From Oikopleura dioica (lineage: Eukaryota > Animalia > Chordata): DNA of 64,000 nucleotides. The DNA is taken from the NCBI GenBank assembly GCA_907165135.1, contig OU015569.1, forward strand, positions 2,604,001 through 2,668,000, in the 5' to 3' direction. The notes beneath the pieces are model-generated. The model worked only from the letters and a program-made list of their open reading frames with translations. It had not been told where the DNA came from and made no database searches. Numbering within the stretch: position 1 is the stretch's first letter; every line of letters begins with the position of its first letter. Both the position numbers and the translations under genes were made by a program. Below are positions 50,238 through 62,738 of the stretch, one piece after another.

Positions 50238-51138
50238 ATGTCCGAGAGGGCACGTTTTAATCCCTTTTTAATTAAATTCTTTCTATTTGATTCGGGAAAG
50301 AACAACAGTGATATTTAGTCTTGGAAAAATGGCGAATAGAGAAATGTTCGCAGATCAAATTTTTGAAGTTTCTTGATATTGTTTTTAGTCCTCCTTTGTA
50401 CGGATGGCCTGCTCCCAGCGAGATTCCACAGTATGTGCTCAATATCATGGGAACAAAGAGAATCGACGAGAACAGCTACGCAATCGTCTTTCTCAAGATC
50501 TGCTCGTTCGTCATGGCCGTCTTCGCCAGCTACAAAGTGATCTCGATTCTCAAGCTTTACATTTGGATTGCTCAGCACCTCGGTTCCTGGGCTAAATTCA
50601 GTGACCCCTTCTACCTGAACAACTTGATCCTTGTCATTTTGTTCCTCTGCGGCGGCGGGTCCATTCTAGCGCTGAAGATTCCTTCCTTTGACGAAAACGA
50701 CCCAACGCTCCATATTCTCCAACTACCCATTTTAGTAACTCTTATGTATCAGGCTAAAAGTCGCCATCAACGTAACTCTTCTTTTTAGATTTGTTCTTCT
50801 GGGAATGCAGTCTGGAATCAAGAAAGGATCTTAATCGTTCCATTTTCTTTGAAGTCAAGGAAGACTCTCATTTTCAAAATTAAGAACCTCTTCCAGGCAG
50901 AAATCGAAGAAAACTACGACGTTGACTCAAATGGAAAATTCACCAAGATCGCCAAGATTAACTCGATTCAAGCCGTAATGCCTTGTTCGCCTCAAGAAGT
51001 GAACAGCAAAACCTCGGCGATTCAATTCCGCTGTGGTCAGAATCCACATCTAAAGAAACGCGCACAGAGCAATCTGAGCCAGATACCTCGGCATGTCACT
51101 GTGCCTAGCTTTCATGCTGAACAAATTACACAGTTTTG
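50238..51138 (+). CDS. Multi-pass membrane protein of unknown family
   Basis: Several hydrophobic helices in ORF 50321-50788, in-frame downstream exons, divergent from the 49839-50081 ORF. Confidence 0.55.
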
Positions 51139-51289
51139 ACTCCTATCTTTTCTTTGTGACACGCAAACTAGACACTTTTCTTTTGCTGAAGTATATTTGG
51201 CAGTTGTCAAGAAAGAACTTGGTCGTACATAAATTAATTTGCAGCGTGGGTAATCACAGAGTAAGCAAAATATAAGCAAAGACCCATGA

Positions 51290-54200
51290 TTATAATTGTG
51301 ACTTGCTACTGTAGCTCTCCCAGCTTTCCAGGAGCTTCTGTTCGACGGGCTTGTCCTTTGGCCAGCCGAGATGTTGACACCATTTCTCGTCGCCCGGCAT
51401 TTTTGTGACTCCAGTAATGCCGATCTAAAAATTGTAAGTAAGCAACTAGCGAGGAAGCTTATGTACCTTTTCGCGAAGAATGCCGGTTGTGGAGACGTCT
51501 TCGAGGTGAATAAGTGGCGTATCCAGCGCCATGTAGTAGAGCTCGTTCATGACATCGCGCGACATCGCGAAACACCAACCAACACAGCCGAGTGGATACT
51601 GGTCGCCGGGGTAGTCCTCGCGAGACATGTCCCACTTCCCCTCCCGCCGCACGATCGGATGGAACACTTTCGAACAGCCGAGGAAGCGGGAGGCCTTGAT
51701 TCCTGACAAATAGCTGACGATGTCGTTCACTTGCCCGAAGACGTCATCATCGATGTGCAGCGCGAAACGAGCGTTTGGACAGAACAATGTTCCCCATTTC
51801 AACTGGCCGATCGTTTTCAATGTCAGATTTCTGAATAAAAAAACTCTCAAAAACCCATTTTTCAAAGTAACCCTAACCCAGAAGAATAAATCAACCCTAA
51901 CCCTGACCATATCGCTAACACAATTGATGGTTAAAAAAGTCTCTACCTCGATAAAGGCAAAGGAGTCATTTCATGTTTCTAAAAAAGTCTCTAGAAACCA
52001 GTCATTCGAGCAATGTGTTTTTGGTCAAATCCTCAGTTTTGAAAAAGACGGCGCTGGTCTTTGGCAAGAGAAAATTTGTCGCCGAATAATTTTTGTATGT
52101 GAGTTTTTTTTCCTTGTTTTTGTGACATTGGAACTGGTATGGATAAAATTAGCTATCAAAAGTGCGAGTGAAGAAATTTCACTACAGTAGTCTATTTTCT
52201 CAGAGTGGGATTCGTGTTTGATTAAGATGTTAGTTGTACTCCCACCGTGGTATTACCGGAGTACTGTTAGTACCTGTAAGTTTCGTCGAAATCTTCCAAC
52301 ACTAAATCGTTGTATTCTTTGAATTCTTCCTCCAATTTGAACCGATTCTTCGGTTTGTTGTCGTTTCCGACGAAGAAGATGTACTTGATCGCTTGGCCTG
52401 AACAAAATTCATAGTTTCTAGATAATCCTCCTTGTTGATTCTTTCTTTGTAGGCTCAAAAAATGAACCAGATAAGCAGATTGGAGCTGGAAGAGATGATG
52501 CTGAAAATTGAGCGGCTGAACCTGCAAAGCGCCGAGTACGAACGCAGGGAAGAGGAAGAAGAGCGAATGCGCGCTGAAACTTCGGCAGAAAGATCACTGG
52601 AGAAAGAAGGACCGCCAGAAAAGCGCCGCCGAAAGCAGTAAAAAAAGAAAAAACTGTTCAAGTTGAAGACCTGTCATTGTTTTAATTTTCTTATCTATTT
52701 ATTTTCTAGTTCTAGCCTATTTGTTTGATTTTTGATTTTTTCAGACTTTCAGACAGAGAAATCAAGATGGTGGTTATTGGCAAGAAACTGACGCCGGAAA
52801 ATCTAGAGTATATGTTCAGCGAGCTGGGCAGAATAACTCTGGAACGAACGGCAAGGCTGTCAGATTTTTATTTCGAATTTTCAAATGTTTCTTTTTCGAA
52901 TTTTCAATATGCAAAAGCCCTTGATAAGAACCAGTTAAACGCTCTTTATGACTCTCTTATTGATGGTCCCCCGGAACACGAGTACTACGAACGGACGTTC
53001 ATCTGCCCCCTGAGCAAGCAAGAAATCCATCGAGGTGCTCTTCGAAAATGTTTGAAGATTCATCTTCTCGAGCGTGAATTCAAAGGTAACTTTTCCAACC
53101 CTCCCAAAACAAGCTACGAATTTAACGATTCAGAATTCCTCTTTTACCGCCAGTTGTTCATCGAATTATGCTATAAACGCAAACGCCGACTGCTCGCCAA
53201 ATGCGTGCTGAAAAAACTCATCAAAGAATCGAGCGAGGACCCAGAGATTCCAGCTATAGTTACTGAGTATTACAAGGACTGGCGAAAGCGAAAAGCGCCT
53301 CTTCCATTGCTTGTCGATGAAGTCGAGTAAATCTTTTACTACTGTTTTTTTACTGTCTTTATTTTTTTTTTCTTACGATCTGGATTTGTAAAACTGTTTT
53401 TGTTTTCTAGATAATTTTCAATTTTTTACTAAAATTATACCCACCGACTGCATTTCTAATATTTCAGAGCTGCTCATTCGAAATGACGATGATAAGAAAG
53501 AGGTTGAAAAAGCGATTTCAACGCCAAAGAAAAACAAGGAAGTTTCTCCATTAAAAATTACCTTGTGCTTTTTGAGAAGCCCAAGTATCCCTGATCAGCT
53601 TTCGTCTGTCGAATTCCCAGCTGGCAGATGCAACCATGACTAGAAGGAAAACTTCTTCCTCTGATGCGCAAGCGTCGAATGGGTTCAGAATATAATCGTA
53701 ATCATGAGGGTTGGAGCCTGGCTTCGATTTGTAAAAACGAAGTGGGATGTCTGAAATCGTTGTTTTCACAATTTTTGTTCTTAATTATCTAGTCGGAAAT
53801 GAATATAATTTCTGCTGAAATCAGAAACATTCTAAGTAATCAAAATGGTACCTGAATTGGGCGGCCTTTCTGGAATGAGTTTTCTCCTCTCAGGAAGCGG
53901 GAAAATACCCTCTTTGGAAACTTCTTTCTGATCGAAGAATTTTGCGAATTTTGACTTTTGAGATAGTTTCGGTTTTTCTGTTGCATTCACCGAAGCGGTC
54001 AGCTTTGCTACTCGATGATTTGATTTTTCACGGGAAATGCTTCCTTCGAAAAATTCGCTAGAATAACGACTCCATAAAATGACACCTAGAAAAAGTATTG
54101 TTGATCAAATTTTACTTTGATTTCTTTTGGATAACCTAAAACAAAGCAGGCTACGATCGTGTAAAGCGTCTTCTTTCGCGATTTCCTCATGATTCCAGCT

Positions 54201-54418
54201 GGCGTCAGGACTTCTCTCGGATTGTAGCTTACATAGGTCGTACTCACTTGTCCGGATTTCTCAGCAAGGGCGACATTGAAGCTCATAAAATAGAATTCAA
54301 GACCATGATCTACGTTTTGGGATGAGAGCTTACGCTGGAAAATTGCAGCGCCCCGGCCGCGGGCCACGCTAGACCGATCGAGGATTTTTATGGTTTCTTT
54401 CATTACCTTTCTATTCAT
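51290..54418 (-). CDS. Beta-1,3-galactosyltransferase family (GT31) type II Golgi enzyme
   Basis: N-terminal TM (TLYTIVACFVLGY), FLLVMVAS...RRKLIRDTW, IFFVG, DLVLEDFDETYRNLTLKT, HIDDDVF (DxD), YPLGCVG and LEDVSTTG. Confidence 0.92.
51869..51905 (+). repeat. Interstitial TAACCC-like motifs (second occurrence at ~62462-62501)
   Basis: taaccctaaccc...aaccctaaccct at 51869-51905 and cctaacctaacc...taactctaaccctaaccctaa at 62462-62501. Confidence 0.6.
52462..53330 (+). CDS. Uncharacterised ~250-aa protein nested antisense in the GT31 intron 52398-53561
   Basis: Exon 1 (52462-52637, coiled-coil and basic KRRRK) joins exon 2 (from 52745) in frame through a GT-AG intron, giving a long ORF. An AG acceptor lies 9 nt before the ATG. 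Confidence 0.7.
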
Positions 54419-54779
54419 CGATAAAGTAATAATTATTAATATTTATGAAAAACTTAATGTCCAAAAGAACCTTCCATTGATCTACTTTCAATTTGATATT
54501 TTAGGATTTTCTAGAATACGCGAAAATTAATTATTCATTTCTTATGATGACGTCATAACCTATAACGAATTCTTATTGGTCGATACGGTCTATAAAAGTA
54601 AAATTCCAGAATTTTTTTTTTTTTGTTTTCGACTTTTTTTGTTTTCAACTTTTTTCAACATTTTTTTTCTTTGACAACAACAACAAAGTCACGTGGTTCT
54701 GTTTCTAGAATGTTTATGAGGATCTGTTATTGTTTCTGGGAATTTTCGCCGATCAGTCATACTTCAGAAGGACTGCAGA

Positions 54780-57700
54780 ATGGACGTTTACCGAAGGCGC
54801 AGACGACCAGGGCTGGATGCGAATGATACACTTTCGAGTAATAGGTAAGTTTGTTTTGAAATTATGGGTTCTAGAGCGGCTTTTTTAATCTGTAATAATT
54901 TAGATTGTCAACGGCTTAGAAATCGTTACGGTTCGGTATTGCTATCAATATATATTTATATAGAGCTTACTATATAAAATAATGCATACATACAGATTCA
55001 TGATAGTTGAAAGACCTAAAGATATCATATTCATCTTTATTTTAACTGATTGGTGGTTTCAGGGTCGCGGTGATCGACATGATTCACTCACTGCAGGAAT
55101 GTCAGCAGTGTTGATTGATTTCTACGCTGCTTTGAGTACAGATTTCGCATCCACAACTAGAACAAATGGACGATCAATTTGACGAACTTAGTGAACGTCA
55201 TCGTCTCATGGCCGACGACATTTTTCTTGCTGGGGCTAATTGGGTTTCGCACAAAGACCTCAACACCTTTGACAGCGACAAACTCGTAAGTACAAACTTG
55301 ATCGGAATCACGCGCTATGGGAAAGCTTTTGAAACTCGGGGTCTTATTGGCTAAAGACAAACAGCGCCACCCGTCGACCGAAAAGTCTCCCTGGCGCTGC
55401 GATTTGAGATCGCATTTAAAATGAAACGTTTATAAAAACTGCGATTTAGATTGAAGCACTAGTTTCTGTGGATGCGCAGGGAAGGCCATTTCTTTGGGAG
55501 CCTGGACACAAAGAAGACTTCGACTTGTTCAAGTTTTTTCTCACCGACCGAATGGAACCGCCGACAAATAGGGACGCGGCCGTCTTTTTCTACCACAAAG
55601 ACTGGCGTTCGGAACACGGTAAAATCGTCCAGAATATGGTTCGTCAGGCACGGTTTCAGTGGGATTTACGGCAACTATGTGTAGATAACATTTAGTTCCT
55701 ATTTTCTTAATTATCTTATTAATTTTTCTGGAAACATGATTAGTCTCAATAAATTTCCTGGAACTCTTCAAAGATCGTTAACGTAAATAACGGACTAATC
55801 ATCAACCAGAAAAAGTAATACTAACAGTTCTTGAACACGAACGATAACTAAAGTAGTGTTAACTTACTAAGCCATTTCCTCTTCTTGCTAATTTTCTCTA
55901 ATGGCCGAGACGGTGCATGGGAATAACGAAGTGAAGACGTATTCTAGAGAATTGTCGAAATTTCCAAAAAGTTTCTGAAGAAACTATCTAAAAGGCAGAG
56001 GCAGTTTTCAATCTGTCTCAACTGATGTTCTCGCTCTACCACGGATCTGGCCACGCGGCAACCTTCAGAGACTTAAACCAGCAGCTCCAGCTCAATCAAC
56101 ATTTGGTCATGGACATAACAAGGAGAGGATTTGTCAAGTTACCAAGCGACAATACTGTAAGTCCGACTGATCTCGCCGTTTCGAGCTAATTTTAAGATTT
56201 AGAACCGACCGAACGGCAGCAGATTTAGACGCGCACTACATGAACTGTGCTGCGATATTTTTGAAGCCGGCGGCCAGGAAGTCATCTTCTCCATGTTCGT
56301 CAATGATCACATGAAGATTATCAAGCAAAAGTGCCTGGATGCTTTGACGAACATCTTATGTGTTCCTGTGATCGAGGAATACGTACTAAATGTGAGTTGT
56401 TGCTTACCATTCGGGCGAAATGTATATCTTCACTAAGAGGAAAACTTCAGAGACACGAGTGGTTCTTGCGGTCTCTCATTCAACTCATTCGCGAGGGTGT
56501 AACATCTGAAAAAATGCAGCAGAACGTCGTCCCTTCAATCTCCGTCCTCGATCGTTTGGTGGTGGTGATTTTGTCCAAGTCGATGAATCAAAAGTATGAT
56601 GTGCTCATGCGGGAACGGTTAGTCCACCTCTTTTTAACAAGAAACGACAATAGCCATTTTAGAGCGATAGAAGCATGCCTTGGTCTGCTAGAAACTGGAA
56701 CAGTAGAGTTGCGAGAAGCAGCTCAAAGGCAAGTAGGAGACAATGTCATAGTTGATGACACTAGAAGCCATTTCATGAAGTTCGAAACAATCGCCATGCA
56801 GGGTAAGTTTTACCGTTGGAATTACTTAACACTGTCTTTCTTTTAAGATCTATCACACTACAGTAGTTAAGAGATAGGGGTGATAAAGGTAAGTACAACC
56901 CCAATTATGAGCACTTTTATCAATATTTTATCATCAATTACCTATCTCTTTATCTTTTTTCAAACATCAAAAAGCATCGAAAATTTCTTCCTTGATTTCA
57001 AGACATTTTTCTCGGCCTTTTGATGTTTACATGATGAAACAATTTTCATCATCTCTTGCATGCTATTTTCATTTAAAAATTTTTTCATCGCGATTTACGA
57101 TTATTTTCGCCTGTATTTCAAGCTTTCGTTCGTAACTTTTCTTTCGGAATGTATTCCCGAAGTACAGCCAAATAATCGCAAATCGCAATGCTTGTCCACC
57201 GACTAACATCTCTACTTAGCGGTTTCGCTGCTTTTCAATGACTATCGCTCGACGTACTGGGACCCAAAGTTACTAACGCGTATTTGCCGTCACTGCTTCA
57301 GGGTCCTCTTTAACTGGTACAAAAAAGACACGCTCTCTCAAGACCCCTGGGCTAGAGGCGATAACTACAAGTCGATGAGCTTCAGCTCCTCCACGCTTCT
57401 CTTCGTTCTGACAATCTTGGTGAATGGAATAAGTCGACCAGCGTTGAAGCCATACATTGGAAAGATGTTCGACACGAACAACTTCCTCCTGAAGCTGGTG
57501 ATGAAGATGACGACAAACCGCTACAACGACAGTGGCCGCTGTCACATCATCATCAACCCCGACGTTCTGAACGACCCGCTCCACACCAATGATCGTCCGA
57601 TTCTTCAAGCACTAGGGTAAGAAAACTACCAATGAACTATCGACTATCCTAGGACCTAGGCACTTGTACAACACGATGTACCCTAACGAGAAGATGCGCT

Positions 57701-57942
57701 ACATGAACAACGAGAAAGGAGAGCTGCCGCAAGTGCTGATCAATCCTCTTCAAGACTTGACTGAGCACGTGCTACGAAAATGCAGCAATGCGAAATGCAA
57801 GAAGATGGAAGAAAAGGAGAGATTCACTCTTTTCTGTCCCAGATGCCAAGTCATGGTCTACTGCTCCGAATCCTGCAAGAAGTCACACAAGTCCAAGCAT
57901 AAGCAACTGTGCAGCTGGTTGTACCATCGCGAAATGAGGTGA
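54780..57942 (+). CDS. MYND-type zinc-finger protein, many exons
   Basis: C-terminal CSNAKC...CPRCQVMVYCSESCKKSHKSKHKQLC, with upstream coding blocks separated by short introns. Confidence 0.75.
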
Positions 57943-58302
57943 GATTCATTGTGCAGTCTCTTTCAACTAAACATCCTTTTAGCAAATGCAAGAATGAAAG
58001 AACCAAAACCCGCTCCATGTCAAAGAAAGAAAAGAAAAATCGTCGTTTCGGAGAAGAACTCTCGAATTCTCAGTCTTCTGAAGTATAATTCAATCTGCAC
58101 CTTCCTTTATCGTATTTTTTATTTTTTTTTTCGCACTTTATCTCATAGCCATTTATCTGTTTCACTTCTTTTTTATAAAAAAACATCTCTTTTGGATGAA
58201 AAAAAAAACTAATAAAAATCTCATTTTGTTTTATAAAAAAAACCGTCTGAGGATAAACGCGAACGAGTTTATCTTTTGGCCTTTGTTTTGAATTTATTAA
58301 AT

Positions 58303-61300
58303 CTAAGCAAGCAGTTTTTGTTCACAGTTAGTAGAACTGCTAATTCTGAACTTTTCTTTTCGGTAGATGACGCGCGCCTCCGAAATCGTCTGTGGCAATT
58401 GGCGGTTCAATGTTTCAGGCAGTGCCCAAACTGCAGCGCTAAATTGGAAAAAAGGAATCATTACAAGAAAAGTCATAAAGTTGTCTTACCACCCAGCAAG
58501 GCTAAAAACAGCATAGAGAGAATAGACAACAGCGTAATTCTCACTGAATGCCAAGTACGGAGCGAAGAAGCCAGCAAGTCCTTCGAGAATCGAGACAAGT
58601 CCCATTCCAGCTCCGCGGATAGAAGTCGGGAAGATCTCGGAAATGTAGACGTAACTCGAGCTGCAAAAAGCGTTAATCGCAAAATTCAGCGTCAAAATTT
58701 TACCTGAAAGCGACGGAGATGGCGAATTTGCCGGCGAAGCTTATCCACGTTCCAACTGTTTCTTGAGGCGAGTTCTTTGGAAAGTACTCGAAAAGAATGG
58801 CGCTCATCAAACAGCTGCCAAAAGCTGCTGCGAAAGAGCTTCCGATGAGTAAACGCCGAGTCATTTTCGGCATGAGTAAAAAGGCGACGACCGCAGACAG
58901 TGCATCTAGAATGCTGTTGATCAAGTTGTTCGTGTAGAGATTGCCGGGCAACGATGCTGCGCCAAGGGAGGTGCCGTTGTAGGCGACGCCAACGAGGAAG
59001 AAAACTGTCGAGCAAAGGATCGACAAGCGCAAAATAAGCGGGTCTTTTCCAAGTTCGACGATCGAACTATCCGGCTCTAAAATGGAAAAGCAAATTTCAA
59101 AACCAACTCACAAAGGAGCTTCTTACCATCATCAATAGCAACAACATTCTCCCTAAATCGCTCCTTTAGGTCTGGCGAAATCTTTGACTTCGTCTTCTTT
59201 TCAAAAATCTCCAAAGTTTGAAAGCCGCCTTCGATATCGCCGCGAGAAAATTGCCATTTTGGAGAGGGTGGGCAGTACATCATCTTGACGAAAATTTCAA
59301 TTTTTGAATTTGGTAGACGCATTTTGTAAGGAAAGGAGGAGGGTAGATAGCTTATATTGGGTTTACAATGTTTTTGACCTCTAATGGTAACCTTTAGCCA
59401 ATTATTGAAATTTGCACCGTAACGCGGCGGGAAGTGTCTAGCGGTGGAAGTAGGGGGGAAATCGAAGGTAGGGGGGTAAGAGGGACTCGTCTGCCCTGCT
59501 ATCCGGCGGGTGACCAGAATGGCCGGACCAAGCGGGTGACAAGTCCGCCCTGGCCGGACTGCCCTTCTCCGCAGGGGATGCGAGTCTCGGTGGGAAATTG
59601 CGAAGTGACCTTGCAAAATCCTGATCACAAGGGTGTTCCGATGATGGAGCTTATCTGCACTAGGTTCATTTTTCAGAGGATCAAGAGCATTTTTCTTCAA
59701 AAATTTTCAGGAAAAAGGCTATTTATACAAAAACGAATATGAAGATTCCGAAAATCGAGGTTATAACTTCTGAAAATGAAAGTTTCTTCATGAAAACATG
59801 CATCAAAGAACATCCTCTTCTTATCTAATTATGTAACAGCTGTCTTATCATCTTCTTTTCTGTTTGAATTTCCTTTAACTTTCTTCAAGCTGATCTTCTG
59901 ACTTTGTCGGAGTAATTACAGATGCTTCGTTTATGTTTTCACCTAACGGAAAGCTATTTAATTGTTCTCTCCTTCTCGTTCATTCAGAAAATAAAAGAAA
60001 TGAGTGAGATATTTTCGAAACTCAAAAAAGCTTTGCCAATTGGTATTTAGCAGGCTCAGAGATTTTGCCACATCCCAGTAATAAACGATTCATCTTTACA
60101 GTCTTGAAGGTAAGAATAAGTGTCAGAAGATCAGCTGGAAGAACATTAAAGGAAATTCAAACAGGAAAGAAGATCATAAGACAGCTGTTACATAATTAGA
60201 TAAGAAGAGGATGTTCTTTGATGCATGTTTTCATGAAGAAACTTTCATTTCCAGAAGTTATAACCTCGATTTTCGGAATCTTCATATTCGTTTTTGTATA
60301 AATAGCCTTTTTCCTGAAAATTTTTGAAGAAAAATGCTCTTGATCCTCTGAAAAATGAACCTAGTGCAGATAAGCTCCATCATCGGAACACCCTTGTGAT
60401 CAGGATTTTGCACGGTCACTTAGCAATTTCCCACCGAGACTCGCAGTCCCCTGCGTAGAAGGGCAGTCCGGCCAGGGCGGACTTGTCACCCGCTTGGTCC
60501 GGCCATTCTGGTCACCCGCCGGATAGCAGGGCAGACGAGTCCCTCCTGACTCAAGGTAGGCAGGCCAGATTTTTGAGAAGCTAAAACGGGCTTAGCCTAA
60601 GGGTCCCTTATTAAGCGACCGTGAAATTAGAAAAATTCGCTAAAATGTGTTATGCTTCTGATAAAATAGTATATTTAGAAAATTGAAACTTTCCAGTGGA
60701 ATTTGAATAAAATAGAATATTGACAAAACTATGGTCATTTGCCTCCAGTTGCTCCAGTAATAGGCCACTGGCGATGATAAAAAGAAGCCGATTCCAAAAG
60801 CAAAACTGACGTAGTTAGACCACTCCCGTTTGGATGGACCTAAGATTTCAATAGCATAAGCAACAGAGGCCATGTATCCAATATTGTCGAAGAATCCCGT
60901 TAGTATCTTCAGCGGAAGGAACTCGTACCACGTATCGACGAAAGCTGAGCAAAATGTTATAATTCCACATGCAATGGACGATAAAATCAGCGTCTTCTTT
61001 CGACCGTAACGGTCCGCCAAGTTTCCGCAGAAGATGCCACTTACGAGCTGTCCTGGTGCAATCTTAAACAAGGGTTCGACTTTGTGCGTCTTTTTTAAGC
61101 TCAGTTAGTAATTCTGGTGAACTCTTGACATAGAGGGAATGAAGCTGACGAGCCACTTGTTGTCGCAGTGCAAGTTCATTTCCATCGGAAATGAGTACAG
61201 ACCAGTGTCGTCCATTGCATACACAATTTGCTCGCAGAACTCGCTGTTGCATGTGATTACGTCATCAGATAAACTCGTGCCGCAAATGTCCTCTTGAGTC

Positions 61301-61817
61301 AATACTGTCGAGTTGCAACTTTCCCCGGTGAAAGCAGATACGCCGACTGTAGTAGAATTCCAGGAGATATTATTCTGATAGGAAGAGGCTTCATCTAAAG
61401 CTCCGGTACAGCGGGTCACGCTTTCGTAAAATTGAAATATTATCAGCTGCGCAGCTAGGCCAGAAATCAACGCAAAGAAGCCAACATTAAATGTTAATAT
61501 TTTTTGGTAGGTACTGAATTCTGGTTGAGATATTTATTTGCCGAGAAATTCTTAGAAATGAAAGTTTTTCTCTTTTATAAAGTTCATAAAATTCTGTTGG
61601 CAAATAATGACCCCAAAGGTCACCATTTATCTTCAGATAAGAGACTTATATGGTCCGATGAAACTATTTTCTCTTAGCTTGGCTACAGTACCTCAGCAAG
61701 AGATCAGCTACTGTAATCGACCCTTGACTGAAAAAATATGGAAAAAAGTTCTTTGTATGTCAACCTGTCAATCCTTATATGAGGCAAATACTCCCAGACA
61801 TCATCAAAACTTGCCAT
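58303..61817 (-). CDS. SLC22 / MFS organic cation transporter
   Basis: MASFDDVW start, large Cys-containing first loop, LADRYGRK, EILGPSKR, PPSPKW (PESPRW-like), YVYISEIFPTSIRGAGMG and LPETLNRQLP. Confidence 0.92.
59481..60544. mobile_element. Foldback-like element: ~422-bp inverted arms around a ~219-bp spacer, inside an SLC22 intron
   Basis: 59481-59902 is the reverse complement of 60122-60544 with roughly ten mismatches by eye. No TSD found. Confidence 0.85.
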
Positions 61818-62738
61818 TGACGGGCGTTTCTTGATCACTTTTTCTCTATTTGTTTCTTCTTTTTCTCTTTTCTTCTTTTTGATTTATACAGTTAATAAGC
61901 TCTGGGAATCTTCTTGTATTTAGAACTCTTCGCGGTTGGATTTTATATTTTCCATATGGGGCTGGATGTGGTTCGAATCTTCAACCTCGTAAAAAGCGCA
62001 TTTTTACGAAGTTCGAAAAGAGTTAGTTAAGGCTTGAAGTTTGAGTTTCAAACTGGACAGTCTGTGTAAACAATTTTTGTGAAGTGAGCTTAGACTCGGC
62101 TTTCTCGGCGCAGAATTCAAAATTTCGAAAATTTCCAATTTCTTTCTTCTCAAGTGCCTCCGCTCCCCGAGCTGGAGTACTGCTCAGCCACTTCCTTGCC
62201 GGCGAAACTCAGGAAGGCGGGAAAAGGCAGTCTTGGCTGCTAGAAACGAGTTTCGCCTGATTACATGTGTTCACTGCGCGCCCTCCAGTCTGAAAGACGT
62301 CGTAATTTGTAAATCGTTAGTTCTTCTGTATTTCAAAAAATACAAGCATTGAATTGAAGCAAAAATTACCGTTATTTTTATTGATGCGTTTTTTTATTAT
62401 TGACGATTGAATGAGAAATTTTAGCGAACCACTAGTTTTTTTCTTCGTTTTGAAAGACTTTCCTAACCTAACCTGAACATTAACTCTAACCCTAACCCTA
62501 AAATTTGCTTATGAAATTTAAACCAGGTGTTTGAAAAAGGGTTGAAAACTCATTATAGAGATTTGGCTGGCTGCCAGGTTCCATTCTGAGTTTGGTTGAA
62601 CCGCATCTCTGAAATTCGGCCCCGGGCTACCATCTCTAGTTTTTTTATGACTGCGCACGTTGCACAGAGCCTAGCCATTGCTAACTGTCCTGGACATTGT
62701 TGAATAATGTTAATAGAGAAAATAAAGTGAACTTTGCG

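Noticed and set aside
59077-59742. 207-aa and 102-aa ORFs as a transposase of the foldback element
   Set aside because: No DDE or other transposase motifs. The C-terminal part of the 207-aa ORF is simply an SLC22 exon read in frame from intron sequence.
60560-60590. A PESPRW-like SLC22 exon (WPAYLES) interrupted by the foldback, i.e. a second intronised element
   Set aside because: The true motif (YCPPSPKWQFSRG) is in the exon at ~59120-59290, so the foldback is purely intronic.
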